The notes under the pieces were generated by a model. That model did not search any database and had not been told where the DNA came from. It saw nothing but the letters and a program-made list of their open reading frames with translations. DNA of 64,000 bases from Candidatus Bathyarchaeota archaeon (GTDB lineage: Archaea; Thermoproteota; Bathyarchaeia; 40CM-2-53-6), in NCBI GenBank assembly GCA_005888735.1, contig VBBN01000027.1, positions 99,845 through 163,844 on the forward strand. The letters run 5' to 3'. The position numbers were made by a program, and so were the translations under genes. How positions within the stretch are numbered: the stretch's first letter is position 1; every line of letters starts with the position of its first letter. Shown one piece after another: positions 46,838 to 56,460 of this stretch.

Positions 46838-47929
46838 CTACCGCATGATTGTGACGATGTCCTTGTCAGCTGGAACATGGTCCAAGCTCACCCTTTGCCC
46901 TGCAAACTTGACACTGGGCCCTGAGACGTAGGCGTACTTCGCCCCCTCAGTGAACCGTGGATGAATACGCTTACAGACATCCAACAAGTTGGACCCGGCG
47001 GGTAGAATCAGCGGCTTCTCGAAATCCGCATCCTCACTGGGCCGCTTCAAGTATATCCGGATGAAGTTCAGGGTCTTCCAAATGTCAGAGGCCAGCATGT
47101 CAATGTGAACACCCTTCTCCGCTGAAACCGGGACAAAATCATCCCCAAGCTCCTTCTTCACCGCGTCAAGGTACTGCTCGTTGACAAGGTCCACCTTGTT
47201 CAAGACAACCCTCGCCGGAACATACCTCCGGTTCCCGGCCAAAACATCAATCAGCTCATCGTCCGAAACATCTTCCCGGATGACAATCCCTCCGTTGGAG
47301 ATCCCGTAGGCTTCCATAATCCCTTTGACGGTGTTCATGGATAACTTGGTCAGCTTGACGGTACTCGTCACGGATATTCCTCCTTTGTTCGACTTGGTCA
47401 CGGTCACATCGGGAGGCTTCCGGTTAAGCCTGATCCCCATCTCAAACAACTCCTTCTCCAGCGTCCTCAGCTGGCCCGGCTGAAACACATCCAGAACAAG
47501 AAGGATCAAATCGGCGTTTAGAGCAACAGACAGAACACGTCGACCCCTACCCTTGCCGCTCGCCGCGCCGCTAATGATACCGGGAAGGTCGAGAATCTGA
47601 ATGTCGGCCCCGTTAAGCCTCATTATTCCAGGGACAACGGTCAAGGTCGTGAATGCGTACGAAGCTACTTTGGACTTTGCGTTCGTCAGCCTGTTCAGAA
47701 TCGTTGACTTGCCAACACTCGGCAGGCCTATCAGAACAACAGTCGCGTCTCCTCCCTTCCGAACCTCGAAGGAGGGCCCGCCACTCTTGCTGGACTGCTT
47801 CTCAACGTCCCCCCGGAGCTTAGCCAGCTTCGCCTTGAGGAGGCCAATGTGGTGCTCGGTGTGCTTGTTGCGCTGGGTCTTCTTCATCTCCTCCTCTATT
47901 TCCTTAATCTTCTCCGGGACGCCCATCAC
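46838..47929 (-). CDS. drg: Developmentally regulated GTP-binding protein (DRG/Obg-like GTPase with C-terminal TGS domain)
   Basis: G1 GLPSVGKST, G3 DLPGI, G4 NKVD, and a C-terminal TGS-like region. The N-terminal coiled-coil helix is typical of archaeal and eukaryotic DRG. Confidence 0.9.
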   Translation of the reverse strand: MMGVPEKIKEIEEEMKKTQRNKHTEHHIGLLKAKLAKLRGDVEKQSSKSGGPSFEVRKGGDATVVLIGLPSVGKSTILNRLTNAKSKVASYAFTTLTVVPGIMRLNGADIQILDLPGIISGAASGKGRGRRVLSVALNADLILLVLDVFQPGQLRTLEKELFEMGIRLNRKPPDVTVTKSNKGGISVTSTVKLTKLSMNTVKGIMEAYGISNGGIVIREDVSDDELIDVLAGNRRYVPARVVLNKVDLVNEQYLDAVKKELGDDFVPVSAEKGVHIDMLASDIWKTLNFIRIYLKRPSEDADFEKPLILPAGSNLLDVCKRIHPRFTEGAKYAYVSGPSVKFAGQRVSLDHVPADKDIVTIMR

Positions 47930-48055
47930 TCAGCCGACCTTATGCAGGCCAAGAGAGCCCGGACTTAGAGTCTTCGAAACGTACCCAAAGCCCAGTTCGC
48001 CTGGAATGAGAAGACTTGGATGGGCAGGCTGGTTTGTGGCCGTAGGGCCGAGAGT

Positions 48056-49022
48056 TTAGGCATCGCTCTTCCAAAAGGCCAGCGCGTCTTCAACTATTTT
48101 CACTTCTTCCTCTCCTAACCTCCAATCCAAGCCTCCTACCATCTCCTTAGCTTCTTTCTCGTTTCGTATTCCGACGATGGCGCCGGTAAGGGCCGGATGC
48201 ATGAGTTCCCAGGCAATTACAAGGTCAACCAGTCGCTTCCCACGTTTCTCGGCAAGCGGTCGGAGCATTCTCTTGATCGCTAGTATCTTCTCATAGTTAT
48301 CCGGTTGGCCATACCGGTGTCGTCTACGGAAATCTCCTGGGGCTAACTCGCCCAGGTTAAAACTGTCCGCAAGAAAACCTTCTGCTAGTGAACCCCAGCC
48401 AAGGATCCCGATATTGTTCGCTTGGCAGAATGGCATCATCTCCTCTTCTATTTTTCTCTCCAACGGGTTGTACTGTAACTGGTTGGAGGTTACGGGGAAT
48501 ATCCTGATCGCTCGCTGCAACAGGTCGACCGGATGGTTGGACAGCCCCCCATGTCTAACCTTCCCGTCTCGTATCAACTCCTGAATCACACTCCACGACT
48601 CTTCGATTGGCACCGAGGGGTCCGGGTCGTGGAACTGTAACAGATCAACATGGTCGGTTTGGAGCCTGCGGAGGCTTGCCTCGACTTCGCGCCTGACGGT
48701 CCCCGGCCGAAGGTCCTCAAGAGAACCCTCCTTGCCGTCCGGCAGTGTTCCACACTTGGTGAAGATGTATACGTCATCTCTACGCCCTTTGACAGCCTTG
48801 CCAACGATCTCTTCAGCGCGCCCCCATCCATAGAACGGGGCCGTGTCGATCCAGTTCACACCCTCGTCAATGGCAGCATTCACTGCGCGTATGGCCGATT
48901 GCTCATCTTGCCGTCCCCAGTACATGCCAGCTTGTTGTTGAACCGATAGGTGCGGTTCCGATCCCGACGCGTGAGATTTTCAGCCCGCTCTTTCCCAGCG
49001 TCACCCTATCAACTTTCTTCAT
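48056..49022 (-). pseudogene. Aldo/keto reductase interrupted by a 1-nt frameshift (N-terminal 39 codons are in a different frame)
   Basis: The listed ORF 48056..48925 starts at MYWGRQDEQSAIRAVNAAIDEGVNWIDTAPFYG and lacks the AKR N-terminal hairpin. The missing part, MKKVDRVTLGKSGLKISRVGIGTAPIGSTTSW, is encoded from ATG 49022 to a TGA at 48903-48905 in the -1 frame and overlaps the main ORF. Removing one base near 48915-48925 restores a full-length AKR. Confidence 0.6.
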
Positions 49023-49052
49023 TTGGGGACGCCGTGCTAGTGAAAGAGTGGA

Positions 49053-49247
49053 TCAGTTATTCTTACTTTTCCATGTTGATCCGCAGAGCTTGCAGCTGTG
49101 GAAGTCATCAGTGGAGAAGCACTCGCCAATTTCGCCACAGATTGGACATCGGTGAATGGCCTCGCCACCGACAGCGCCTTCCATACGCCCCATGTAGCCG
49201 GCGTCCACAAGGGCCTTTTGGTCAAGAGTCAACATTTTCGGTTGCAA
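49053..49247 (-). CDS. Small zinc-ribbon protein (hypothetical)
   Basis: HRCPICGEIGE...CKLCGS gives four Cys in a CxxC..CxxC arrangement. Two other overlapping short ORFs lack such a motif. Confidence 0.3.
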   Translation of the reverse strand: MQPKMLTLDQKALVDAGYMGRMEGAVGGEAIHRCPICGEIGECFSTDDFHSCKLCGSTWKSKNN

Positions 49248-49632
49248 TCCTCCGTGTGTTTCGCTACCTCACTTGGCTTCGGAGATTGTTGAGGAATGGG
49301 CTGTTCCTTTTGCGTTCTAGCTCAACAGAGCTGAGACCTATCGTGTTTGGATTCAGGCTGTTGGAGAGTCGTCGGAGCTTCATGGGTGGCGCATCGATCG
49401 GTTTCCCCTTTCTTGTCCTTGCAAAGCCAATCGCGTTCTGGATTGTTCTTGCGAGGCCATGCGGACTTCCGTTGCCTTTCGTGCATGTTGGACATGTTTC
49501 CAAATCCTTTTTCACCTGACTATGCTGCATCACGTCTATCGGATTATGTTTGACCCGTCTTACGCTGGCACTAATTTACCCACTCTGGAATGGTAGTTTC
49601 TAGCCGGCGCACGCTGGTGCAGCCCTTATACT

Positions 49633-50502
49633 TTGGAACGCCCGGGCATACAGTGGCGTAAGATGTTCGAGCTGTTCCTTCGAATTCAGCATAAGTGTCC
49701 CAATAATGATTTGAGCCGGAAGTTTCCCGGTGCTAGGATTTCTGTCTGGTGTAATAGTGGGGCTGACATTCTCGAAATTGAGGCTGACGGGCTTGAATCG
49801 TTTGAGGGCTTACAAAGGGAACTTGCTGGACAGTGCAGTCGTCTCGAGGGCCGGGTAAGGGGCCGGATCATATCGAAGACATATTGCCAGGACAGGTTCC
49901 AGCTTGTAGCCCGGACGTGCATGTGCACTCGTGGTGAGGAGACCACCAGTACCGGCCCGATCATCGAGCGGTACAATTTCATGGAGGTCCCGCCTACCCT
50001 TTTGATGGGTGGCTGGGAACACTATAGGCTTGTCGGGTTTGATGATGCAGACATGAAGGGCCTGCTCAGAGATTTAGACAAGATCGGGCCGACTGAGGTG
50101 TTGCATAAGAAATCGTTGCATGAGGGAGTTACTGATGACACGTTTCTCTTGTCCCTCAGCAGCCTTTTTGGCCAGTTGACTGAGAAGCAGATGAAGTCGC
50201 TAGTGACGGCGGTCGAAAACGGGTACTATGAGGTTCCGAAGCGAGTGACTGCTGACGATTTGGCCAAGAGGGCTGGACAGCCTCGAAGCACTTTTGAAGA
50301 GCATATCAGAAAAGCGGAGAGTAAGGTTGTGCTGGCCATGGCCCCGTATATGATGATGTACGCGAGGGGCCCGGGTGTCCACTTTAACGCGGTGACCCGC
50401 GACGCACGTGCAACGGTGGGCGCTCGGCTGATGAAACAGATAGCGGTCCAAGTGTCAGGACAGCCAAAGGGTCTTGAGAGACGGGGCCGTATGACATACT
50501 AG
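49633..50502 (+). CDS. HTH_10 (bacterio-opsin activator-like) family transcriptional regulator
   Basis: C-terminal LTEKQMKSLVTAVENGYYEVPKRVTADDLAKRAGQPRSTFEEHIRKAESKVV is the HTH_10 DNA-binding domain. The N-terminal ~200 aa are a sensor-like domain. Confidence 0.7.
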   Translation: MERPGIQWRKMFELFLRIQHKCPNNDLSRKFPGARISVWCNSGADILEIEADGLESFEGLQRELAGQCSRLEGRVRGRIISKTYCQDRFQLVARTCMCTRGEETTSTGPIIERYNFMEVPPTLLMGGWEHYRLVGFDDADMKGLLRDLDKIGPTEVLHKKSLHEGVTDDTFLLSLSSLFGQLTEKQMKSLVTAVENGYYEVPKRVTADDLAKRAGQPRSTFEEHIRKAESKVVLAMAPYMMMYARGPGVHFNAVTRDARATVGARLMKQIAVQVSGQPKGLERRGRMTY

Positions 50503-50728
50503 AGGGCCGGACATTGTTGATTCTTAACTTTCGACTTGGCACAAGTTAATTCTGCTTTCCGGTGTAGGAATTGCTACCGGTGCTCGGACAAGACCGGAGC
50601 TGAGGGATCCTAGGCAGAGGCGGTCTGGCCGATGCCGCGAATTCTACTGAGGGGCTGATTCTCGGCGATTCTTGTGTTCTCAGCCTGGACTCGTGAGAAC
50701 CTTGGTGTCCTAACGCGGAGTTCCTGGC

Positions 50729-51418
50729 CTATACTCCGAAGAAGGGGGTTTGAACGCCGAACAAGGCCGAGGCTGTGGCAAGAACAGCAATGTACGCGGC
50801 TAGAAGTCCAAGGGTTATGACCAGGTTGCGCTTCCAACGATCTGACCACGCGATCCCGAAAGGAATCCCCACCGTGAAGCCGATTACGTGCGCGATATAC
50901 GCGACGTTGGGGTCGTAGTTGCCCCCTATGAGCCCTGGATTGGTCACGATGATCGCGTTGTAGATGAAGTAGATTATCGCCACGAGCCCTTGGGGGGCCA
51001 TGAACAGCCAGGAGAACTTCAAAGGCCTCATCAACATCACGCACGCCGCGAGGGTGAATATCGCAGCAGATGCGCCCAGCATTCCCTCGTTCGGGGGAAA
51101 GAATGCCATGCTCAACAGAAACGCTGTGAAGCCTCCGATGAAGAAGACCATCAAGTAATACTTCCGCCCGACCATCTTCTCGAGAGTGTTGCCGAAGACG
51201 AAGAGGAAGAGCATGTTCCCGAATACGTGAAGAGGGCTTGCGTGGACAAACAGTGCCGTGACAAGTGTCCACACGCGTCCGGCGAGAAGGTTATCTTGGC
51301 TAAACACCAAATTATCAGCCACCCACTGCTGGTCCGGGGTGGACAAGGCCCAAAAAGTGGCTCCGATGCAGGCGAGTATCAGAAGATAGTTCGACCTCAA
51401 CCTGGACCCTTGTCCCAC
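50729..51418 (-). CDS. Rhomboid-family intramembrane serine protease
   Basis: Catalytic-serine motif GASAAIF in a TM helix and catalytic histidine in AHVIGF, with 6 TM helices. The antisense Arg-rich ORFs here are artefacts. Confidence 0.85.
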   Translation of the reverse strand: MGQGSRLRSNYLLILACIGATFWALSTPDQQWVADNLVFSQDNLLAGRVWTLVTALFVHASPLHVFGNMLFLFVFGNTLEKMVGRKYYLMVFFIGGFTAFLLSMAFFPPNEGMLGASAAIFTLAACVMLMRPLKFSWLFMAPQGLVAIIYFIYNAIIVTNPGLIGGNYDPNVAYIAHVIGFTVGIPFGIAWSDRWKRNLVITLGLLAAYIAVLATASALFGVQTPFFGV

Positions 51419-51555
51419 AGCATCCTACCGAGATATTTCAGAGGTTCCTTACTCTTCTCCATGCAATGGTGTTGCGGAAAGCCCTCAGGGCCTAGCTGAT
51501 TAGCGCAAAACCCTTTTACACATCACTTGCCGCCGGACGCTAACAGTCTCCACGA

Positions 51556-52428
51556 TTGTCCTCCCGCGCTTTCGAGAGCTATCTAGCGTTGACCAAGCCC
51601 AAGATAGTCTTCTTGCTCGACCTCACAGCTGTTACGGCCTTTCTCGTATCCAAGCCGGTGATTGACCCGGTTCGAATAATCGCGGTGCTTGTTGCGGGGA
51701 CATTGGCGTCTGGTGGAGCAGGGGCCTTGAACAATTATGTGGACCGGAATCTGGACAGGGAGATGCGTCGAACAAGCCAGCGCCCCATACCGAAAGGAAC
51801 GATAACTCCTGCAAGGGCATTGGTCTTTGGACTAGCGCTGGTCGCGGGTGCTCTCGCGATCTCTACCGTCTTCCTCCCACTGCTTGCCAGCCTGTTCATA
51901 TTTCTGGGAGCCGCCATCTATGTTCTATTCTACACGAAATACCTCAAACCCCGTACAACCCTGAACATAGTCCTAGGAGGGTCAGCGGGAAGCTGCGCAC
52001 CGTTGGCGGGTTGGGCTGCGGCTACGGGGAGCCTTAGCATCCCGACGCCTTGGCTCATGGCCCTCCTCGTGTTCGTCTGGACCCCCAGCCACTTCTGGAG
52101 TCTCGCTCTACGAGCTTCAAACGATTACAGTCATGCCGGGATTCCAATGCTCCCAGTCGTTGTGGGCGAGAAAAAAGCAGCGCAGTACATTGCATTGAAC
52201 ACTTTCCTGCTCGTCCCAGTGTCGTTGCTCTTCGTCTTCCTCGGCGAGTTCAGCCTTCTCTACCTGGTGGTCGCAGGGATACTCGGTGTAGCGATGATTC
52301 TTGTCGACGTGAAGCTTGCTCTGAACCCGACGAAGGCTCAGGCGTGGACCGCTTTCAAAATATCAAGTCCATACCTTGCCATAGTCTTTGTCGCCATGGT
52401 GCTGGACGCTAGACTTCTGTTACACTAG
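51556..52428 (+). CDS. ctaB: Protoheme IX farnesyltransferase (heme O synthase), UbiA family
   Basis: NNYVDRNLDREMRRTSQRPIP and the second Asp-rich region around HFWSLA...DYSHAGIPMLPVV, with 8-9 TM helices. Confidence 0.9.
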   Translation: MSSRAFESYLALTKPKIVFLLDLTAVTAFLVSKPVIDPVRIIAVLVAGTLASGGAGALNNYVDRNLDREMRRTSQRPIPKGTITPARALVFGLALVAGALAISTVFLPLLASLFIFLGAAIYVLFYTKYLKPRTTLNIVLGGSAGSCAPLAGWAAATGSLSIPTPWLMALLVFVWTPSHFWSLALRASNDYSHAGIPMLPVVVGEKKAAQYIALNTFLLVPVSLLFVFLGEFSLLYLVVAGILGVAMILVDVKLALNPTKAQAWTAFKISSPYLAIVFVAMVLDARLLLH

Positions 52429-53030
52429 GCCCGGGTCCTAGTTATCTTCAACAGGTTCTGGAGAAAGATCCGACCATCGGGGTGCAAGTCGTTCGCGCGC
52501 TCCGGGTGGAACTGGACTCCGTAGATCGGCTTAGTCTCATGACGTATCGCCTCGACAGTCGTTGTCGTGGATTCCGCCAGCCTTTGAAACCCTAGCGGGA
52601 CCTTGTTGAGAACCTGCCGGTGCGACTCGGCCACGGTAATTTTCGGCGGCAATCCGTCAAACAAGGGGTGACGATGCACTACACTCACCTGGTCGAACCG
52701 TTGAATCATCTGTCCCAGGTCAGAAAGCCCAGAGCCGAACGCTGTGCCGATCAACTGATGTCCGAAGCATATGCCGAGAATTGGGACGGGCGCTTTCTTG
52801 ACAAAGTCAGCCTCCTGCTGGAACTCCTCCCGGGTGCCAGAACGGGTCAGGAGTGCTGACGACCCTGTGAGAATGACTAGATCAGGAGACAGCTCTAGGA
52901 CCTTCCTCTCAAACTCCGGCACTCCATGGTCGACAGTCTCCAGCGGCTGGCCTGTGCAACGTGTTAAGTTCTGGAGTGCTTGCAGAGTTTTCTCCCGTTC
53001 CCTGTAATTGTTGACCATTACAATCTTCAC
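52425..53030 (-). CDS. Class I glutamine amidotransferase-like protein
   Basis: Catalytic triad context GICFGHQL (nucleophile Cys) and FHPE (His/Glu). The start overlaps the ctaB end (convergent). Confidence 0.8.
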   Translation of the reverse strand: MKIVMVNNYREREKTLQALQNLTRCTGQPLETVDHGVPEFERKVLELSPDLVILTGSSALLTRSGTREEFQQEADFVKKAPVPILGICFGHQLIGTAFGSGLSDLGQMIQRFDQVSVVHRHPLFDGLPPKITVAESHRQVLNKVPLGFQRLAESTTTTVEAIRHETKPIYGVQFHPERANDLHPDGRIFLQNLLKITRTRA

Positions 53031-53039
53031 TGATCAATG

Positions 53040-54197
53040 TCACAGCGCTGCGAGAAGCTTGTCCACTTCTTCTTCCGTGTTGTAGTAGTGGGCGGACACC
53101 CGTATAGCTTTGACCCTGCTGGCTACTGTGATGTTGAGCGACTTTAGCTTGTTGAACGTGCCGGCCGGGTCCGGGTCTTCAAAAACGATTATCCCGCTTC
53201 GCCTATCTGAGTTGAGCGGTGTGAGAATGGTTCGCCCTTTCCTTTTCAATCCGTCGACGAGATGGTCGGTGACCTTGATCACGTGATGGTAACGGTCAGC
53301 TTGGTCATCCTTCAACGCCCATTCGAGAGCGGCCTTGGCGCCTACTACGCTGATGACTCCCCAGCTTCCACCCTCAAACCTTGTCGCGTCAGCCGCAGGC
53401 TCGGCCTCTTCAAGGTTGAAAGGTGTCCCGAACATGTCCTGATTGTGTGAGTGCCGGTTGACGACCGAGTCTTTGACTCCGTGCCAGCCGATGTAGTTCG
53501 GGTCTAAATCGCCCAGCTTGTCGCGGCGCGTGTAGAGATAGGCTGCCCCATGCGGTCCTTGAAGCCACTTGTACATACCACATGCGAGAGCGTCAACGCC
53601 GTCTTGTTGAACGTTTACTGGATAGACGCCAAGTGCGTGAAAACAGTCGCCTATGACGAAAGCGTTGTGCTCGTGGGCAATTCTGGCGATGTCGCGAATT
53701 TTCTCCCTGCTTCCGTTGGTCCAGGAGGCGTAGTCGACGGAGACGAGGGTTGTGTCATCGTCGATGTTTTTTTCCCATTCCTCGAGCGGGATAATGCCGT
53801 TATCGTTTCGGTGAAGCAGCCGGACCTCGTCAGCGCGTCCGCGTTTTTGCTGGAGGTGCCAGATGTAGATGTTGGTTGGAAAGTTGAGGTCGCTGATGAC
53901 GATGTTGCCCTTGGGCTTGTACCTTATGCTGCTTGCGAGAGCTGTGAGCCCGGTCGAAACGTTTGGAACACATGCAATCTCACCCAGTGAGGCCCCAGTC
54001 ATTTTTCCGAAGAGCCGACGGCTCTCGACGATGATCGGGAGCCATTCTTCCCAGTTCTCGCCGTAGTCGCGCCATTCCATTATGAACTGGTTGATAGCGT
54101 TGAGAACAGGAATAGGTGGTGGTCCAGTGCCTGCGTTGTCAAAGTAGGCGCGCCGGCTGGTGACTGGTATTTGTTTTCGTGCGAGTTCTATGTTCAA
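53040..54197 (-). CDS. Aminotransferase class V-fold PLP-dependent enzyme (cysteine desulfurase/selenocysteine lyase-like)
   Basis: PLP-lysine region ...DALACGMYKWLQGPHG, and AFVIGDCFHALGVYP. Size and fold are consistent with the class V family. Confidence 0.8.
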   Translation of the reverse strand: MNIELARKQIPVTSRRAYFDNAGTGPPPIPVLNAINQFIMEWRDYGENWEEWLPIIVESRRLFGKMTGASLGEIACVPNVSTGLTALASSIRYKPKGNIVISDLNFPTNIYIWHLQQKRGRADEVRLLHRNDNGIIPLEEWEKNIDDDTTLVSVDYASWTNGSREKIRDIARIAHEHNAFVIGDCFHALGVYPVNVQQDGVDALACGMYKWLQGPHGAAYLYTRRDKLGDLDPNYIGWHGVKDSVVNRHSHNQDMFGTPFNLEEAEPAADATRFEGGSWGVISVVGAKAALEWALKDDQADRYHHVIKVTDHLVDGLKRKGRTILTPLNSDRRSGIIVFEDPDPAGTFNKLKSLNITVASRVKAIRVSAHYYNTEEEVDKLLAAL

Positions 54198-54266
54198 CAG
54201 GCTCTGACTTCCGGAAGATTTTGATAGGGTTCTTGGGACTGGGTCGAGTATAAAGGCGACGCGGGT

Positions 54267-54572
54267 TCAGGGGGTGTGAAAAGCCTCTATTCTGCCATGA
54301 ACGCAGTTCTTGCACCAGAACTGGCCACGTTCGATGCTAAACTGGGAGTAGGAGTCGGTGACGACTTGGCCGCAGCGTGCACAGCGGACTACCTGGACTC
54401 GGCGCATCCTATGGCTGGGCTTGTCGAGCTTGTGCTGTTGAACTTCCGGGTCACCTATGTCCAGGACCATGTTGCATGACTCGCAAAAATAGATGACGTG
54501 AAGTACACCCTTGTCCCGTTGCTCTAGCCAGTCGCCTGTTGCCAGGTTCGAGTCCCTGTCACAACCGGGCAT
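54267..54572 (-). CDS. Hypothetical zinc-finger protein
   Basis: Cys/His clusters (CESC, CARCGQ, CKNC) compatible with two zinc ribbons. No family recognised. Confidence 0.4.
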   Translation of the reverse strand: MPGCDRDSNLATGDWLEQRDKGVLHVIYFCESCNMVLDIGDPEVQQHKLDKPSHRMRRVQVVRCARCGQVVTDSYSQFSIERGQFWCKNCVHGRIEAFHTP

Positions 54573-54804
54573 CTGGGCCAGTTGTTATCCTTGCTTCATC
54601 GTTCTAGCTTGGAGGGAGTCCGACTCTTTCACGTTCAAAAATGGAGTTTGGAAACCTGTCCACCCTCCATGCGTGGTCTACACGAATGGAAATGACGATT
54701 TCTAGCATTTCTTGCGCGGCCCCTGTTCCTGTTTCTGCTAGTTTCATGGGTTGGCGGGCTGGAAAGGTTGAAATATCGCTTATCCGATATCGTATAACCG
54801 ATAT

Positions 54805-55176
54805 TTGATGATGGACCAAGAGTCGAGACACATTAGACGGATTATCGCCTTCGGACTCGCAGCTATAGTAGCAGTGATAGCACTCCTCGGCGCTCTAGCA
54901 CTTGTCATAGGAATCTCACGACCAACCGGGGTAGGATACTATCCGTTCTTTCCATTCTTTGGTTTCGGCTGGATTGGAGCACTCTTCGCCTTTTTCTTCG
55001 TCTTCTGGATTGGAAGATGGATTTTCTGGGGATGGGGATGGGGAGGGCACTACCCGCGAAGATACTGGAGATACCGAGATGAATCATACTACATAATTAG
55101 GGAACGATACGCGAGCGGCGAAATCACCAAGGACCAGTACGACCAGATGATGCGCGACCTTCAGCAACACGCCTAA
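54805..55176 (+). CDS. Membrane protein with C-terminal SHOCT domain
   Basis: Two TM helices and an aromatic/Gly-rich region. The C-terminus ERYASGEITKDQYDQMMRDL is the SHOCT (short C-terminal) motif. Confidence 0.6.
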   Translation: MMMDQESRHIRRIIAFGLAAIVAVIALLGALALVIGISRPTGVGYYPFFPFFGFGWIGALFAFFFVFWIGRWIFWGWGWGGHYPRRYWRYRDESYYIIRERYASGEITKDQYDQMMRDLQQHA

Positions 55177-55375
55177 AAACACCCAGCAGAATTTTTTTCA
55201 GCAGATACCGAAACACGGCCGCGAAAAATCCGCGGCGGCCTAACCTAGTTTTCGGCATATCGGTTGCCAAAGCCTGACTCAGGCCTTTAGGTTGAACTTG
55301 CCTGTTCCAGCACGTGAAGCTCTCCGAGCGGAAGGAGGGCACACGATACGCGGTTTCACCGGTCTTGAACGGCCA

Positions 55376-55864
55376 TCACAGTTTCCAGGTGAAAGCTTTC
55401 TCCGGGTTGAATTCTGCGAGTGCATCGGTGACCCAGCCGTATTTTTTCCTCTGAGTTTCCCCGACTCTCTTGGCGGTCTGGCCTTCCATGTCGAGAAAAT
55501 CAACCGTTCCCTCTAGGATGGCTTGACGTTTGTACCCGTCGGCCATCATTACGGCTATCGCAGGGTTTTTCTTTAGATTCCTGTATCTAGCCGTTGCAAC
55601 ATCTACCCCTAGATAGAGCCTTTCGTCAACGGCCACGAGGTCTGTGGGCGATAGGTGCGGCTTCCCGCTAGGCTTTGCCGTTGCGGCCAGCGTTAGAGCC
55701 CGACTGTTTGCCAGGTCGAGCACATCCTGAACCGTCAAGGGATTCTTTCCGTACACCTTCTTGGAATGGGAGCTGGCCTTCGCTAGAGACGTTTCTAGGA
55801 CAGTCTGTAAGATAGACAAGTCTTCATGGGGAAGACCTACCCTTGCAATTAAGTTGTACGTCAA
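55376..55864 (-). CDS. Pyridoxamine 5'-phosphate oxidase-like FMN-binding protein
   Basis: LANSRALTLAATAKPSGKPHLSPTDLVAVDERLYLG is a PNPOx-like split-barrel signature. The start may be internal. Confidence 0.65.
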   Translation of the reverse strand: MTYNLIARVGLPHEDLSILQTVLETSLAKASSHSKKVYGKNPLTVQDVLDLANSRALTLAATAKPSGKPHLSPTDLVAVDERLYLGVDVATARYRNLKKNPAIAVMMADGYKRQAILEGTVDFLDMEGQTAKRVGETQRKKYGWVTDALAEFNPEKAFTWKL

Positions 55865-56436
55865 ATCTGCTCGGCCGTCTTACTCGAAGTACTACGTTTG
55901 AAGGCGTGTCTTCAGTCGAGAACGATTCGCTCCTCGGCTTCAAGACTTTTCTACCACAAGGCAAGCCTGAGAGGGCGGAGTTGGCTGAAACGTCTCAGAC
56001 TCAAGTTCCACGCACGACCATTTCTCCGACAGAAGTTGTGAGAAAATACAGGATTATTGCTGTTGTCGGCGCGTCCAAGAATCCGGAGAAGGAGGCATAC
56101 TCAGTTCCAAAATACATGCAGGAGCATGGTTACAAGATTATCCCAGTTAATCCGACCGCAGACCAGATCCTCGGCGAGAAGGCTTATCGAAGCCTAGAAG
56201 AGCTACCCTCGGAACTAGCAAAACAGATCGAGCTGGTGAATGTTTTCCGGCCAAGCGAGGAACTCCCACAGGTGGCTCAACAAGTAATTGAGATGCGGAA
56301 AAAATACGGACGGCCCTTCGCGTTCTGGGCCCAACTTGGACTCGAGAACGACGAGGCCAAGCGGGCTCTGGCCAAGAACGGGATTCCGTATGTGATGGAT
56401 GCCTGCTTCAGGGTTGTCCACCGATCCCTGCGATAG
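55843..56436 (+). CDS. CoA-binding domain protein (YccU/SucD-N-like)
   Basis: RIIAVVGASKNPEKEAYSVPKYMQEHGYKIIPVNP is the Rossmann CoA-binding signature. The probable real start is near TTG 55981, so the overlap with the upstream minus-strand gene is likely spurious. Confidence 0.7.
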   Translation: MQLSCTSNLLGRLTRSTTFEGVSSVENDSLLGFKTFLPQGKPERAELAETSQTQVPRTTISPTEVVRKYRIIAVVGASKNPEKEAYSVPKYMQEHGYKIIPVNPTADQILGEKAYRSLEELPSELAKQIELVNVFRPSEELPQVAQQVIEMRKKYGRPFAFWAQLGLENDEAKRALAKNGIPYVMDACFRVVHRSLR

Positions 56437-56460
56437 CCAAGAGGGTCACCGGGTCCGTCA

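Noticed and set aside
49264-49533. 89-aa ORF considered as a TnpB/IS605 C-terminal zinc-ribbon remnant
   Set aside because: Only a loose CPTC...HGLARTIQNAIGF resemblance exists. There is no RuvC-like motif and no adjacent transposase or inverted repeats, so this is more likely non-coding.
50610-51499. Arg-rich 220-aa minus-strand ORF and 203-aa plus-strand ORF overlapping the rhomboid gene
   Set aside because: They have an extreme Arg/His/Gly-rich composition typical of out-of-frame or antisense reading of a GC-rich membrane protein gene. The rhomboid frame carries the GxSxxxF and AH catalytic motifs.
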